Source: Planctomycetota bacterium (GTDB lineage Bacteria; Planctomycetota; UBA1135; UBA2386). Taken from it: DNA of 64,000 nt. This document shows positions 19,600-30,410 of the stretch, one piece after another (the first letter of the stretch is position 1; each line of letters starts with the position of its first letter). The notes under the pieces were generated by a model that was given only the letters and a program-made list of their open reading frames with translations, did not search any database and was not told the origin of the DNA. The position numbers were made by a program, and so were the translations under genes. The DNA lies in NCBI GenBank assembly GCA_965228735.1, contig OZ245838.1, forward strand, positions 4,160,001-4,224,000. Direction: 5' to 3'.

Positions 19600-22176
19600 G
19601 TGACCGGATCTCCTCCCCTCCTCGATCAGCGCGAGCTCCTCGCCAACAGCGACCGCTTGCGGCGGCTCGCGCAGCGATTGTGCGGCGACCCGCACCTCGC
19701 GGAGGACCTGACCCAGGGCACGTTGACCGCGTTGGTCGAAACGGCGGCGCGACCGCCCGCGCAGCCCATCGGCTGGATGCGCGGCGTGCTGCGGAACCTC
19801 TGGCGCCAGCATCGTCGTCGTGAAGGCGTCCGCCGCGAACGCGAAGGTCTCGCCGCGCAGGCCACGACGTTGCCCTCGACCGCGGCGACGGTCGCTCAGG
19901 TCGAGATGCAGCGCCGCGTCGCCGACGCCGTGCTCGCGTTGCCCGAGCCCGAGCGCAGCGCCGTGCTCTGGCGATTCTTCCACGACGTGTCGGCCCGCGT
20001 GATCGCGACGCGACTCGGCGTGCACGAAGACACCGTGCACGACCGCATCCGCCGCGGGCTCGACCGCCTGCGCGACGAGCTCGGCAGCGACGACGACGAC
20101 CGCCGTGCGCTCGCCCTGTTGGCCACGGCGCCGTTGGCGACCCCGATGACGGCGACCCCGACGGCCGCGACCCGCACCCTGAACACCCCACTCGGAGTCC
20201 TGCTGTTGAACGCCAAGTCCATTGCCATCGTCGCGGCCGCCGCCGCGCTCGTCTCCGTGCTCTGCTGGACCGCGTGGCCCGACGATGCGCCGCCGCCCCC
20301 ACCCGACGACTCGACCGCCACGGCCAGTGCCAGTGCCAGTACCTCGCCGGACACGACGACCGCGGCGTCGCAGCTCGACCGATCGACGGCGCCAGCGCCC
20401 ACGCCAACGAACGCACGGCCCGACCCCGCGACACCGAACGAGATCGAGATCACCGGCCTCGCCTACGACGCCGCGGGCCAGCCCCTCGCCGACGTCACGC
20501 TGCGTTCGAACGCCGGATCGACGACGACCGAGAGCGGCCGCTTCACCCTGCAGTGCGTTCGCCCGGCCGACCGCGTCGTCGTCGACGACCCCGATTGGAT
20601 CACGGTGTACGCAGGACGCGTCGACGCCGCGACCGACGCTTCGGCCCCGACGCCGGTCGTGGTCGTCGCCGCGCGCCGCGCCACCGTGTCGGGTCTGGTC
20701 GTCGACGAAGACCGCATGCCGCAGCGCGGCACCCACGTCCGCCTCGTGCCGCCGAAGGGCTTCCTCACGACGTTCGCGATGCCGCTTGACCAGTCCGAGC
20801 CCGCGTTCGGCGAGTGGCAGACGCAGACCGGGGAGGCCGGCACGTTCGAACTCCGTGACATCGGACTGCTGAAAGGCCTGCGAGCGATGGCCCGCGCGCC
20901 CGGCTACCTGCCGGCGCTCGCGGATGTCAGCGCGACGCCGACCGCCGTCGAACTCGTGCTGCAGCGGCCATCCGCGGACGCGGACGCAGTCCTCGGCCAC
21001 GTGATCGATCCGCTCGGTGCACCCGTCGCCGGCGCCATGGTCTGCCTCGGCCCATCGCGCTCGCGCACGGACGCCGAGGGTCGTTTCCGCGTCGACCACA
21101 CGAAACGCAAGGATCACACGACGATCCAGGCGATGCACCGTGGCTACCTGCCGGCATCGGCGCCGCTGCCGGCGGCCGCAGGCGACCGACCGGTGTTCGT
21201 CGAGCTGCAGCTGCCGGGTGTCACACGCTCGCTCGCCGGTCGACTCGTCGATCGCAACGGCGCGGCGGTCGCCGGTGCGCGCGTATGGGTCGACGGCGCG
21301 ACCGCGTTCCGTGGCGGCATGTGGCAAGTCGAGGCCTACCTGGGCGGCGGCGCGACGAACGCCGAGCTGCGCGCGCGCGCCGACGACTCCGCGTCACTGC
21401 TCGAGCTGCAGGAGCGGCACCCGACCGCGTTCTGGGGCTGGACGAGGACCGCGGCCGACGGCTCGTTCGAACTCACGGGTCTGCTGGAGCAGGATTACGA
21501 GCTCGGCATCCTCGCCGGCGACGGCATGCACCGCGGCCGGGCCGGCCCGTTTTCCGCCGGCAGCACCGGCCTCGTCGTGACGTTCGCGCCGAACGTGCAC
21601 GAGGTCGTCGCCGGCAAGGTCGTCGGCATCGACGGCAGCCCGCGCGCAGGCATCGCGGTCGAAGCGTGTTGCCGGGTGTTCCACCGCCAATTCGACGCCG
21701 ACGGCTCGTCGCGCAGCGCCGTCCGGCACGGCCCCGTCGTCACGACCGACGCCGCGGGCCGCTTCCGGTTCGAGAACCTCGGCGCCGACGGGCTCTTCCT
21801 CGCGATCAACGGCACGGCGATCGTCGATCGCGTCGCCGGCATGGCGGACGGCGCGCTGGCCGGCGCGGGCCTCGGGCCGATCACCGACCTCGCGATCCCG
21901 GTCGCGGATCGGACGCACCTGCGGGTCGAGCTCGCGGACCGGCAGCTCGCCGATTCGTTCCGCGTCGTCGATGCGGAGGAGAATGCGCTGCCGCTCGCCA
22001 ACTTCGAAGACGGCGGCATGACGGTGCACCACGCGGGCACGCTGCACGACGGCAGGAGTCGGGTCTACGCCGTCGCCGGAACGGCGGCCGCGGTGATCTT
22101 GCAGCGCGCCGGCGCCGACGTGCGGCGCGTCCCGGTGCGGCTCGTGAGCGGTGAAGTCGTGACGGTGCGCGGCTGA
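19600..22176 (+). CDS. ECF sigma factor fused to a TM helix and periplasmic carboxypeptidase-regulatory-like repeats
   Basis: Region 2 (DPHLAEDLTQ, GWMRGVLRNL), region 4 (LPEPERSAV...IATRLG), TM IAIVAAAAALVSVLCW, repeats of GRLVDRNGAAVAGARV and TDAAGRFRF. GTG start inferred. Confidence 0.85.
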   Translation: MTGSPPLLDQRELLANSDRLRRLAQRLCGDPHLAEDLTQGTLTALVETAARPPAQPIGWMRGVLRNLWRQHRRREGVRREREGLAAQATTLPSTAATVAQVEMQRRVADAVLALPEPERSAVLWRFFHDVSARVIATRLGVHEDTVHDRIRRGLDRLRDELGSDDDDRRALALLATAPLATPMTATPTAATRTLNTPLGVLLLNAKSIAIVAAAAALVSVLCWTAWPDDAPPPPPDDSTATASASASTSPDTTTAASQLDRSTAPAPTPTNARPDPATPNEIEITGLAYDAAGQPLADVTLRSNAGSTTTESGRFTLQCVRPADRVVVDDPDWITVYAGRVDAATDASAPTPVVVVAARRATVSGLVVDEDRMPQRGTHVRLVPPKGFLTTFAMPLDQSEPAFGEWQTQTGEAGTFELRDIGLLKGLRAMARAPGYLPALADVSATPTAVELVLQRPSADADAVLGHVIDPLGAPVAGAMVCLGPSRSRTDAEGRFRVDHTKRKDHTTIQAMHRGYLPASAPLPAAAGDRPVFVELQLPGVTRSLAGRLVDRNGAAVAGARVWVDGATAFRGGMWQVEAYLGGGATNAELRARADDSASLLELQERHPTAFWGWTRTAADGSFELTGLLEQDYELGILAGDGMHRGRAGPFSAGSTGLVVTFAPNVHEVVAGKVVGIDGSPRAGIAVEACCRVFHRQFDADGSSRSAVRHGPVVTTDAAGRFRFENLGADGLFLAINGTAIVDRVAGMADGALAGAGLGPITDLAIPVADRTHLRVELADRQLADSFRVVDAEENALPLANFEDGGMTVHHAGTLHDGRSRVYAVAGTAAAVILQRAGADVRRVPVRLVSGEVVTVRG

Positions 22177-22204
22177 TCGCCGCGCGCGGCCACCTGCTCC
22201 TGGC

Positions 22205-23221
22205 CTACTTCTCGGCTGGCTTCTTGGCTGGCTTGCCGGGCGCCGGCAGGAAGTGGATGCCGTTCTCGCTGCGCGTCGTATCGAGCGCGAACGCATCGCG
22301 GTTCTGCAGGAAGTCGGCGACGTACTTCGACTGGATCGCGAAGTTGAGACCCTGGAAGCCGGTGTAGCCCGAACTGTTCACGCCGACAACCTCGCCGCGC
22401 AGGTTGAACAGCGGCCCACCCGAGTTGCCCGGGTTGATCGGCACCGTGATCTGGAAGTGGCAACGGCCCTCAAAGACGCGGTTCTCGACGCTGATGATCC
22501 CGCTGCTCACGGTGCGGTCGAGGCCGATCGGCGCGCCGATCGCGTAGACCTTGTCGCCGACGTTCATCGCGTTGCTGTCGCCGAGGAACACCGTCTTCAG
22601 TTCGAGGTCCTTCGGCGGCTCCATCTTGACGAGCGCGAGGTCCATCGCGGGATTGATCGCGTCGACGCGGCACTTCTTGATCGTGCGCGGCTCGAAGCCG
22701 TTCTTGCCGACGTGGTAGACGACGACGTCGACCTCGACCTCGCGCGCGACGACGTGGAAGTTGGTGACGATCCAACCGTCACTGTGCGTCACGAACCCCG
22801 AGCCCTGCCCGCCGGCGGCTTCGATCTTGACGACCGCCTCGCCGAACAACTTGCTGCCCTCGGCCACCGACCGCTCGGGCAGGTCTGCCATCGCGAACAG
22901 CGTCTCGCGCTGGATGTTGCCCGTCGCGCGCCCATCGACGCCTTCGCGCCGCACGACCGCCGCGACCGGCACCTTGAGCACGTCGTAGCCGACGTCGAGG
23001 AAGATGACCTGTTCGGTCTCCCGCACGACGCGACCACGCAGTTCGCAACCGCTCCCGAGATCGAGCCGTTCGACCTGCGTGCTGACCGCACTCGCGGGGC
23101 CCGCGGGCGTGCGGCTCTCCGTCCGCGACTCGGGCGGTGGCGGCGGCGGCGGGTCCTCGACACCGGGATCCTGACACAGCACCAGCAGACTCAGATTCGC
23201 GAGCAACATGCGGCTGACCAT
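22205..23221 (-). CDS. Trypsin-like (S1C/HtrA-like) serine protease without a PDZ domain
   Basis: GSGF, VTNFHVV, DLALVK and INPGNSGGPL provide the catalytic triad motifs. Confidence 0.9.
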   Translation of the reverse strand: MVSRMLLANLSLLVLCQDPGVEDPPPPPPPESRTESRTPAGPASAVSTQVERLDLGSGCELRGRVVRETEQVIFLDVGYDVLKVPVAAVVRREGVDGRATGNIQRETLFAMADLPERSVAEGSKLFGEAVVKIEAAGGQGSGFVTHSDGWIVTNFHVVAREVEVDVVVYHVGKNGFEPRTIKKCRVDAINPAMDLALVKMEPPKDLELKTVFLGDSNAMNVGDKVYAIGAPIGLDRTVSSGIISVENRVFEGRCHFQITVPINPGNSGGPLFNLRGEVVGVNSSGYTGFQGLNFAIQSKYVADFLQNRDAFALDTTRSENGIHFLPAPGKPAKKPAEK

Positions 23222-23319
23222 AGACGGCGCGGCTGACGTCCGCGAGTCCCGGTCCGCGCCCGCCGCGCGACTTGCATTCTGGCGGAAAGGCGCGAGATTC
23301 GGAGGCGATGCATCCGCCC

Positions 23320-25455
23320 ATGACCTCGCTCCTGTCGAACGCCAGACTCGCGACCCTGCTCTGCACGGTGTCGTGCGCTGGCGTCGCGCTCGCCCAGACG
23401 GCCCCGCCGATCCCGGTCGAACTGCGCAGCCGTTTCGGCTTCGACGGCCCCGTGATCACCAAGATCGGTGACGGCATCTCGTCGCTGCGCGTCGCCGACA
23501 CCGACAACGACGGTCGCCTCGACGTGGTCGTTTCCGATCCGCGGCGCGCGCGCCTCGCCATCGTCCGGCTCGACGAGGACGGGAACGCGACCAAGGACGC
23601 GATCCCGACCGACGGCCAGATCGGCGGGTTCTCGTTCGGCGACTTCGACGGCGACGGCAAGACCGACTTGCTGACGACGACCAGCCGCGGCCGACTGCAG
23701 CTCGTTCGCCTGGCACAGGACGAGACGACGGAGTTGCTCGACCTCGGACTCGGCGGCCGCGGCATCGGCATGTATGCGGGCGACCTCGACGGCGACGGCG
23801 CCGACGACGTCGTCGCGATCAGCCGCGACGGCCTGCGATACGTCACGCAGCTCGGCAAGCAGCCGGTGCTCTCGCGCATCGAGCCGTGGGAGAACAACGC
23901 CCACAGCTTTCACCTCATCGACTACGACAGTGACGGCAAGCTCGACATGACCTACGTGGTGTCGACGCCGACGATGAACCTGCGGCTGCGCCGGAACAAC
24001 GGCGACGGCACGTTCGGCCCATGGCAGCTGGCGAGCATCGACTCGTTGCACCACGTGTTCCCCGCGCGGATCGCGGGCGGCGCGCAGGGCCTGGCGACGA
24101 TCGACGGCCCGAATCGACGGCTCACGATGCAGCGTTTCGCGCCGAGCGGCGGCCGCGCGCGCCTCGAGTGGTGGTCGCTGCCGGGTGCGAAGGGCACGGG
24201 TGCTTTGCCGTTCGCCATCGGCGACATCGACAACGACGGCGACGACGACCTGGTCATGGCGCAGCCCGATCAGGCGCAGCTGCTCGTCTTCGAGTGGACG
24301 GGCCGGACATTCGCCATGCAGACCGTCCCGACGCTCGCGGGCGTGAGCTCCCTCGCGCTCGGCGATATCGACGGCGACGGCAAGGTCGATCTCGCGATCG
24401 CGAGCGACGAGGAGGAGACGCTCGCGTGGAAGTCGGGCACGGCCGACCTCACGGCGTTCCCCACCCCGATCGATTGCCAGGACAAGCCGGCCGCGGTGGC
24501 GATCGCCCCGGACGGCGGGCTCGTCGTGCTCACGCGTGACAGCCGCCGCAACGGCGCGCTCTACCGGGTGGCGCCCGGCGCGGAACCGAAGAAGGTCGCC
24601 AAGATGGGTCGTCTGAGCTCCGCGCCGCCACGGCTCGTTCTCGCGGACGTCGGCGATGCGGAAGGACTCGAAGCCGCGTTCGTCGGCCCCGACGGCCTCG
24701 TCGTCGTGACGCTGCCCGACAAGGCCAGCGCCACGGTGCTCGACGTCGATGCGAAGGACGGCGCCGCCGGATTCACGAAGCGCATGGCCGACGGCGCGCT
24801 GCTCCTGTGCGAAGAAGGTGGTCAGCCCGCGCTCATGGCCGTGCGCGAACGCTTCCTGCGCCGGTTCCGCGTGGGCCCGACCGGTCGGCTGCACGTCCTC
24901 GCGCAGGACAACGGTCCGGCCGGCATCACGGAGATGAGCCTCGCGGCCGATCTGCCCGACGGCAGCCGCGTCTACCTCGACAGCAAGGCCGACAAGCTCA
25001 CCCGGGTGCAGGACGGCGGCATGCCGACGTCGATCGACGTCCCGCCGCTGCCGTTCACGCACATCGCCGCGCACGGCACGGCGGTGCTGCTGCTCGGCCC
25101 GCAGGGCGTGTTGCGCGTGCCGTTCGGACCAGGACCCGCGCTCGAGACCGTTGCGATCCACGAACCGCCGACCGTCCGCACCCACTATTGGCACGGCCTC
25201 GCCGGCGACTTCGACGGCGACGGCACGACGGACCTCGCCGTGATCGACGGTCATCTGCCCGGCCTGCAGATCATCGCCGGCGGCGAGAACACGCTCGCCC
25301 GGGCGCTCGCGATGCCGGTCTACGAGGCGCCGCCGAGCGACGAATCGCACCGCGAACCGCGCGACCTACAGGTCGGCGACATCAACGGCGACGGCCGGAT
25401 GGACATCGTGCTGCTGGCGTTCGACCGGGTACTGGTCTACCTGCAGCAGCCGTAG
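23320..25455 (+). CDS. Secreted FG-GAP/VCBS-repeat protein
   Basis: Signal peptide; repeated GDFDGDGKTDL, GDLDGDGADD and GDINGDGRMDI motifs. Start at 23308 or 23320. Confidence 0.88.
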   Translation: MTSLLSNARLATLLCTVSCAGVALAQTAPPIPVELRSRFGFDGPVITKIGDGISSLRVADTDNDGRLDVVVSDPRRARLAIVRLDEDGNATKDAIPTDGQIGGFSFGDFDGDGKTDLLTTTSRGRLQLVRLAQDETTELLDLGLGGRGIGMYAGDLDGDGADDVVAISRDGLRYVTQLGKQPVLSRIEPWENNAHSFHLIDYDSDGKLDMTYVVSTPTMNLRLRRNNGDGTFGPWQLASIDSLHHVFPARIAGGAQGLATIDGPNRRLTMQRFAPSGGRARLEWWSLPGAKGTGALPFAIGDIDNDGDDDLVMAQPDQAQLLVFEWTGRTFAMQTVPTLAGVSSLALGDIDGDGKVDLAIASDEEETLAWKSGTADLTAFPTPIDCQDKPAAVAIAPDGGLVVLTRDSRRNGALYRVAPGAEPKKVAKMGRLSSAPPRLVLADVGDAEGLEAAFVGPDGLVVVTLPDKASATVLDVDAKDGAAGFTKRMADGALLLCEEGGQPALMAVRERFLRRFRVGPTGRLHVLAQDNGPAGITEMSLAADLPDGSRVYLDSKADKLTRVQDGGMPTSIDVPPLPFTHIAAHGTAVLLLGPQGVLRVPFGPGPALETVAIHEPPTVRTHYWHGLAGDFDGDGTTDLAVIDGHLPGLQIIAGGENTLARALAMPVYEAPPSDESHREPRDLQVGDINGDGRMDIVLLAFDRVLVYLQQP

Positions 25456-25614
25456 CCCGGAAAACGTCCCGCCGCCCCGGGACCGGATCACCGCGCCCTG
25501 CCGGGAATCCGGAGTTCTGCCGGCTGCGACTTGCGACAGTTCGGCCGCCGGAGAGGCTACCTGGACGGGGGCACCATCGCGGCGCCCCCGTTTGCTGTCC
25601 TCCGTGGGAACCCC

Positions 25615-27327
25615 ATGACTTTGACCCGATACGCCCTCTCCACGCCGCTCGCCGCCTCGCTGTTGGCCCTCGGCTCGTTCTCGACCACCGCGACCGCGCA
25701 GAGCAGCCGGTTCATCCCGGCCGACTCGCAGGTCGTCGTCCGCATGGCCGCACCCGCGAAGTGGAAGCGCGAGTTCAAGGACACCAAGGTCGCCGGCCTG
25801 TTCGCTGGCGAAACGCTCGGCCCGATGTTCGACGGGCTGCGCAAGTGGCTAACGAGCGACGGCGTCGCCGAGGCCGGGCTCGATCCCGCGATGCTCGAGA
25901 CCATGTGGGACGAGTACCAGGGCGACATCACTGTGGCCGTCCGGTTCGACGCCGAGGATATCGCCGACGCCATCGTCGAAGACCGACCGCCGGTCATGGC
26001 AGTCACGTTCGCGATGGCGCCGCACGAGTCGTTCGATCTCGCGCCGCTCGCCGCGCAGATCCGGGAAGCGATCGAGGAGAGCGCCGGTGACCGTCTCCGC
26101 GAGGAGACGATCGGCGATCACACGCTGCTGTGCCGGATGGAGGACGACATGCAGGCCTCGATCCCGCAGCTCATCGACGGCCACGTCGTCATGATGATCT
26201 CGACCGACATCGCCGAGCAGGGTCCGATCATGCTCGACGAAGCCGACCGCTTCCGCGCCGGCGGCGACCACCCGATGTACGTCAAGATCGACGCCGCGCA
26301 GGGTGTGTCGGCACTCATGGACTTCGTGGCATGGAACATGGAGAACGATCTGGGCGCGCCGCCGTTCGACGCGGTGCAGCTGCTCACGGACCTCGGACTG
26401 CAGTCCGTCGGCGGCCTCGAGATGTCGATCTCGGCCGACGGTGAGCACGCGGTGTTCGACCAGCAGCTGACGACGACGGGCTCGGATCTCGGCCTGCTCG
26501 GGATGGTGCTCCTGGATCGGCCCAAGCTCGACCTGCTGCGCTACGTGCCGCAGTCGTCGCAGTCGTTCTCCGTCCAGGCCTTCGATATCGGTGCGCTCTA
26601 CAGCACGATCGGCCGCGTCTGGAACGGCATGTCGGACATCGTCCCGATCAGCTTCGAGGAAGCCCAGAACGCGTTCGAGGACGCGACCAAGGTCCGCCTC
26701 CAGGCCGATCTCATCGGCAACATCGGCAAGGAGTTCCTGATGCTCGGCGATCCGGTCGCCCAGGCCGACGCGGATCCGGACGATCCGATGGCCATGCTCG
26801 CCGGCACGTGCTTCGCGCTCGCGATGCGCGACGGCGACGCGTTCGGCAAGGCGCTCGAGACGACGTTGCGCTCGCGCGGCCTGCACGCCGCGCGCAAGAG
26901 CGAGGAGTATCAGGGCACGAAGGTCTACCGCCTGCGCATCGCCGGCGCGATCGAGATCGAGTACGCGGTGACGAGCGACGTCATGCTGCTCGCGCTCGGG
27001 GGCGACGAGGGCTCGCGCACGCTGCTGCGGTCCATCCTGGACGCCCGGTCCGACCCGCGCGCCGGCCTGCCGGACGCGCTCGCGGACTACACCGACCTTG
27101 TGCCGGCGGGCTGGAACGGCGTGAGCGTCACGCCGGTCGCGCCGATCTTCGAGCAGATGAACGAGGTCCTCGACGCGGTCGGCACCGGCGACATGCCGGC
27201 CGAAGCGCGCACCGCGCTGCGCGTTCTCGGCGGCCTCGGGCGCGAGATGAAGCAGCTCGGCATCGAGAACGCGACGCAGTTCAGCTTCGCGACGCCCCAG
27301 GGCTACCGCTCGATCACGCGCATGTGA
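25615..27327 (+). CDS. Exported hypothetical protein (possibly DUF3352-like)
   Basis: Signal peptide, acidic alpha/beta sequence, internal RFIPADS and RYVPQSS repeats. Family assignment is tentative. Confidence 0.7.
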   Translation: MTLTRYALSTPLAASLLALGSFSTTATAQSSRFIPADSQVVVRMAAPAKWKREFKDTKVAGLFAGETLGPMFDGLRKWLTSDGVAEAGLDPAMLETMWDEYQGDITVAVRFDAEDIADAIVEDRPPVMAVTFAMAPHESFDLAPLAAQIREAIEESAGDRLREETIGDHTLLCRMEDDMQASIPQLIDGHVVMMISTDIAEQGPIMLDEADRFRAGGDHPMYVKIDAAQGVSALMDFVAWNMENDLGAPPFDAVQLLTDLGLQSVGGLEMSISADGEHAVFDQQLTTTGSDLGLLGMVLLDRPKLDLLRYVPQSSQSFSVQAFDIGALYSTIGRVWNGMSDIVPISFEEAQNAFEDATKVRLQADLIGNIGKEFLMLGDPVAQADADPDDPMAMLAGTCFALAMRDGDAFGKALETTLRSRGLHAARKSEEYQGTKVYRLRIAGAIEIEYAVTSDVMLLALGGDEGSRTLLRSILDARSDPRAGLPDALADYTDLVPAGWNGVSVTPVAPIFEQMNEVLDAVGTGDMPAEARTALRVLGGLGREMKQLGIENATQFSFATPQGYRSITRM

Positions 27328-27370
27328 TCCGGCGGCGGCCAGCACCCCTCGACCGCGGTCCCGCCACACC

Positions 27371-28267
27371 ATGCTGCGCTGCCACCAGCTCACGAAGCGC
27401 TTCGCCGACCTCGTCGCCGTCGACGGCCTCGACCTCACGGTCGAGCCAGGCGAGACGTTCGGCCTGCTCGGGCCGAACGGCGCCGGCAAGTCGACGACGA
27501 TCCGCATGGCGCTCGGCGTCACCGCGCCGGACGCCGGCACGGTCGAGATCGTCGGCCACGGCGCGCCGACCGAGCCCCGGACCCGGCGTGCGATCGGCTA
27601 CGCGCCGCAGGAGCTCGCGCTCTACGAAGAGCTCACGGCGCGCGAGAACCTGCGCTTCTTCGGCCAGCTGCAGGGCCTGACCGGCAGTCGGCTCCGAGAA
27701 CGGGTGACCTGGGGCCTCGAGTTCGCCGCGCTGCAGGATCGCGCGAGCGATCGCGTCGACACGTTCTCGGGCGGCATGAAACGACGACTCAACCTCGCGT
27801 GCGCCGCGCTGCACGACCCGGAGCTCCTGCTGCTCGACGAGCCGACCGTCGGCGTCGACCCGCAGTCGCGCAACCACCTGTTCGACACCGTCGAGCAGCT
27901 CGCCGCGGCGGGCAAGACGATCGTCTACACGACGCACTACATGGCCGAGGCGGAGCGCCTCTGCCGCCGCGTCGCCATCGTCGACCACGGTCGCGTCCTC
28001 GCGTGTGACACGGTGAGCAATCTGATCGCCGAGCACGGGGGCAGCGCGGTCGTCGAGGCCGAGCTCACCGGCGAGCCCTCGGCCGCGGCGCGCGAACTCG
28101 GCGCGATCGACGATCACGGCACGCTGCGCTTCGAGACCGCGGACGCGAGCGCCGCGGTCGACCGACTCACGAGAGCCGGGGTCGAGTACCGGGCGCTGCA
28201 CGTCCGCCGTCCCGACCTCGAATCCGTCTTCCTCGAACTCACGGGCCGCAGCCTGCGCGACGCATGA
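27371..28267 (+). CDS. ABC-2 type exporter ATP-binding protein
   Basis: GPNGAGKS, FSGGMKRRLN, LLDEPTVGVDPQSR and YTTHYM. Confidence 0.93.
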   Translation: MLRCHQLTKRFADLVAVDGLDLTVEPGETFGLLGPNGAGKSTTIRMALGVTAPDAGTVEIVGHGAPTEPRTRRAIGYAPQELALYEELTARENLRFFGQLQGLTGSRLRERVTWGLEFAALQDRASDRVDTFSGGMKRRLNLACAALHDPELLLLDEPTVGVDPQSRNHLFDTVEQLAAAGKTIVYTTHYMAEAERLCRRVAIVDHGRVLACDTVSNLIAEHGGSAVVEAELTGEPSAAARELGAIDDHGTLRFETADASAAVDRLTRAGVEYRALHVRRPDLESVFLELTGRSLRDA

Positions 28268-29523
28268 GCACCGTCTGGACCCTCGCGACGAAGGACCTGT
28301 TGCTGCTCTGGCGCGACAAGGTCTCGCTGTTCTGGATGTTCGGGATGCCGCTGATCTTCGCGGCGTTCTTCGGTTCGGTCTTCGGCGGCAGCGGGCCGAG
28401 CAAGAGCAACCCGCTGCGGGTCGCCGTCATCGAAGACGGCATCACGAGCGGCGGCCGCGCGCTCGCCGACCGACTCGACGAATCCGACGGGGTCGCGATC
28501 GAATACATGCCGCGGCAGCAGGCGCACGACGCGGTGCGACGCGGCCGCAAAGTCGCCTACCTCGACATCCTCAGCGCGCCCGATGCCGACCTCGGGATGT
28601 TCGCCGGCGAGATGCCCGAGATCGAGATCGGGATCGACCCGTCGCGGCAGGCCGCGCGCGGCATGCTCGAGGGGTTGGTGCACGAAGCCATGTTCGCGGG
28701 CTTCCGCGACATGATGACCGACCCCGAGAAGGCTCGCGGTCAGGTGCGACGCGCGCGCGATCGGATCGCCGAAGCCGACGACATCGGTGCGCTGCAGAAG
28801 ATCGCGCTGACCACGTTCTTCTCGGCATTCGACACGTTCCTCGCGACGCCGGGGCTGACCGGCGACGGCGCGCCCTCGATGCAGCCGCAGCTGTCCACGG
28901 TCGACGTCGTCCGCGAGCGCACCGGCCCGCCCAACGCCTACTCCATCTCGTTCCCGCAGTCGATCCTCTGGGGCATCCTCGGCGCGGCGGCCGGCTTCGC
29001 GATGGCGCTCGTCCGGGAACGCACGAACGGCACGATGGTCCGATTGCTCACCGCCCCGATCAGCCGCGGGCACATCCTCGCGGGCAAGACCATCGCGTGC
29101 GCGATCGCCTGCAGCCTCGTCGCGATCGTGATGACGGGCATCGGCGCGCTCGCGTTCGGCGTGACGGTGCAGAGTCTGCCGCTGTTCGCCCTCGCGGTCG
29201 CCTCGGCCGCGCTCTGCTTCGCCGGCATCACGATGCTCTTCGCGTCGCTCGCGAAGACGGAGCAGGCGGTCAGCGGCATCGCGTGGGGTGTTCTGCTCGT
29301 GTTCGCGATGCTCGGCGGCGGCATGATGCCGCAGATCGCGATGCCGGCCTGGATGCTCGACGCCGGCGCGATCAGCCCGGCGCGCTGGACGATCGCCGGC
29401 CTCGAAGGCGCGATCTGGCGCGGCTACTCCGCGAGCGAGATGCTGCTGCCGTGCGGCATCCAGCTCGCGTTCGGCGTCGTAGCACTCGCGCTCGGCGTCG
29501 CGCGGCTGCGGCGAACGGACTGA
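28264..29523 (+). CDS. ABC-2 type exporter permease
   Basis: KDLLLLWRDK N-terminus, ERTNGTMVRLLTAP motif, six TM segments. Confidence 0.9.
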   Translation: MSTVWTLATKDLLLLWRDKVSLFWMFGMPLIFAAFFGSVFGGSGPSKSNPLRVAVIEDGITSGGRALADRLDESDGVAIEYMPRQQAHDAVRRGRKVAYLDILSAPDADLGMFAGEMPEIEIGIDPSRQAARGMLEGLVHEAMFAGFRDMMTDPEKARGQVRRARDRIAEADDIGALQKIALTTFFSAFDTFLATPGLTGDGAPSMQPQLSTVDVVRERTGPPNAYSISFPQSILWGILGAAAGFAMALVRERTNGTMVRLLTAPISRGHILAGKTIACAIACSLVAIVMTGIGALAFGVTVQSLPLFALAVASAALCFAGITMLFASLAKTEQAVSGIAWGVLLVFAMLGGGMMPQIAMPAWMLDAGAISPARWTIAGLEGAIWRGYSASEMLLPCGIQLAFGVVALALGVARLRRTD

Positions 29524-29524
29524 G

Positions 29525-29567
29525 CGCGGCCACCGACTGCTGTGGTTTTCGACAGCAGTGTGCCGCG
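29525..29567. terminator. Dyad or hairpin after the ABC-2 operon (terminator or activator-binding site)
   Basis: ACTGCTGT-N8-ACAGCAGT with outer CGCGGC/GCCGCG arms; no clear U-tract. Confidence 0.45.
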
Positions 29568-29628
29568 TTCGGCGACGTCGCGTAGTTGCCGATCAAGTCG
29601 CCGCCACAACATGTAGCGGTTTCTCGCC

Positions 29629-29644
29629 TGGCATGTCCGGTGCT
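29629..29644 (+). promoter_or_regulatory. Sigma54 (-24/-12) promoter candidate for the flagellar export operon
   Basis: TGGCATGTCCGGTGCT has GG-N10-GC spacing and ends 25 nt before the fliO ATG, with an AGGAG RBS in between. Confidence 0.65.
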
Positions 29645-29669
29645 CCCCAGAACGAGACAGGAGCTCCCA

Positions 29670-30410
29670 ATGAAGGCGATTCCCAAGTGGCTGATGATCC
29701 CCCCCGCCGTGGCACTGCTGCTCGTGCTCGGCCCGTTGACGATGCAGGGCGGCACGCTCGCGCAGGGTGACGGCAACGCGGCGCCGAACGGCGCGACCGT
29801 CCCGCAGCCGACAACGACCTCTACCCCGGGGAACGCGGCATCGGAGCCGCTGTTCGCGACCGGCGAACTCATGCCGGCGCTGCCGGACATGTATCAGATC
29901 ACGAGCGCGCTCGCCGGCGTGCTCCTGCTCGGCGGCCTCGCCGTCTACCTGCTGCGGCGGCTGCGGAACGGCGGCGTCGGCACCGGCAGCCAGCGCAACC
30001 GCCTCATCACGCTGCGGCAGAGCCTCCGACTGGGGCAGCGGCAGGCGCTGCACGCGGTCGAGTTCGATGATCGCATCCTGCTGATCGGCGAAGGCGAGCG
30101 CGGCCTCACGATGCTGCAGAACAGCGCGCTCCCCGAGGCCCTGGACGAAGCCGACGCGACCGCGCGCGCCGCGGCGTTGCTCGCGGGGCGCATCGTCGAC
30201 TCCGCGGTCGGCGACGAGCCGGCCGACTACGGGAATGCGCCCGGCGACGACGGCGCGACGCCGAAGGACCTCGTGATCCCGCGGCCCGAACGCGCGCCAT
30301 CGACCACCGCGCGCGCGAGCGCTGGCCCGGTCAACGGTCGCCGCGGCGGCGGCGGGGTCACCCCCAACCTGCAGGACTTCCGGGCCCTGCTGCAGAAGGC
30401 CGGCCGATGA
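29670..30410 (+). CDS. fliO: Flagellar biosynthetic protein FliO/FliZ-like
   Basis: TM segment followed by LRQSLRLGQRQALHAVEFDDRILLIG; located directly before fliP. Confidence 0.78.
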   Translation: MKAIPKWLMIPPAVALLLVLGPLTMQGGTLAQGDGNAAPNGATVPQPTTTSTPGNAASEPLFATGELMPALPDMYQITSALAGVLLLGGLAVYLLRRLRNGGVGTGSQRNRLITLRQSLRLGQRQALHAVEFDDRILLIGEGERGLTMLQNSALPEALDEADATARAAALLAGRIVDSAVGDEPADYGNAPGDDGATPKDLVIPRPERAPSTTARASAGPVNGRRGGGGVTPNLQDFRALLQKAGR

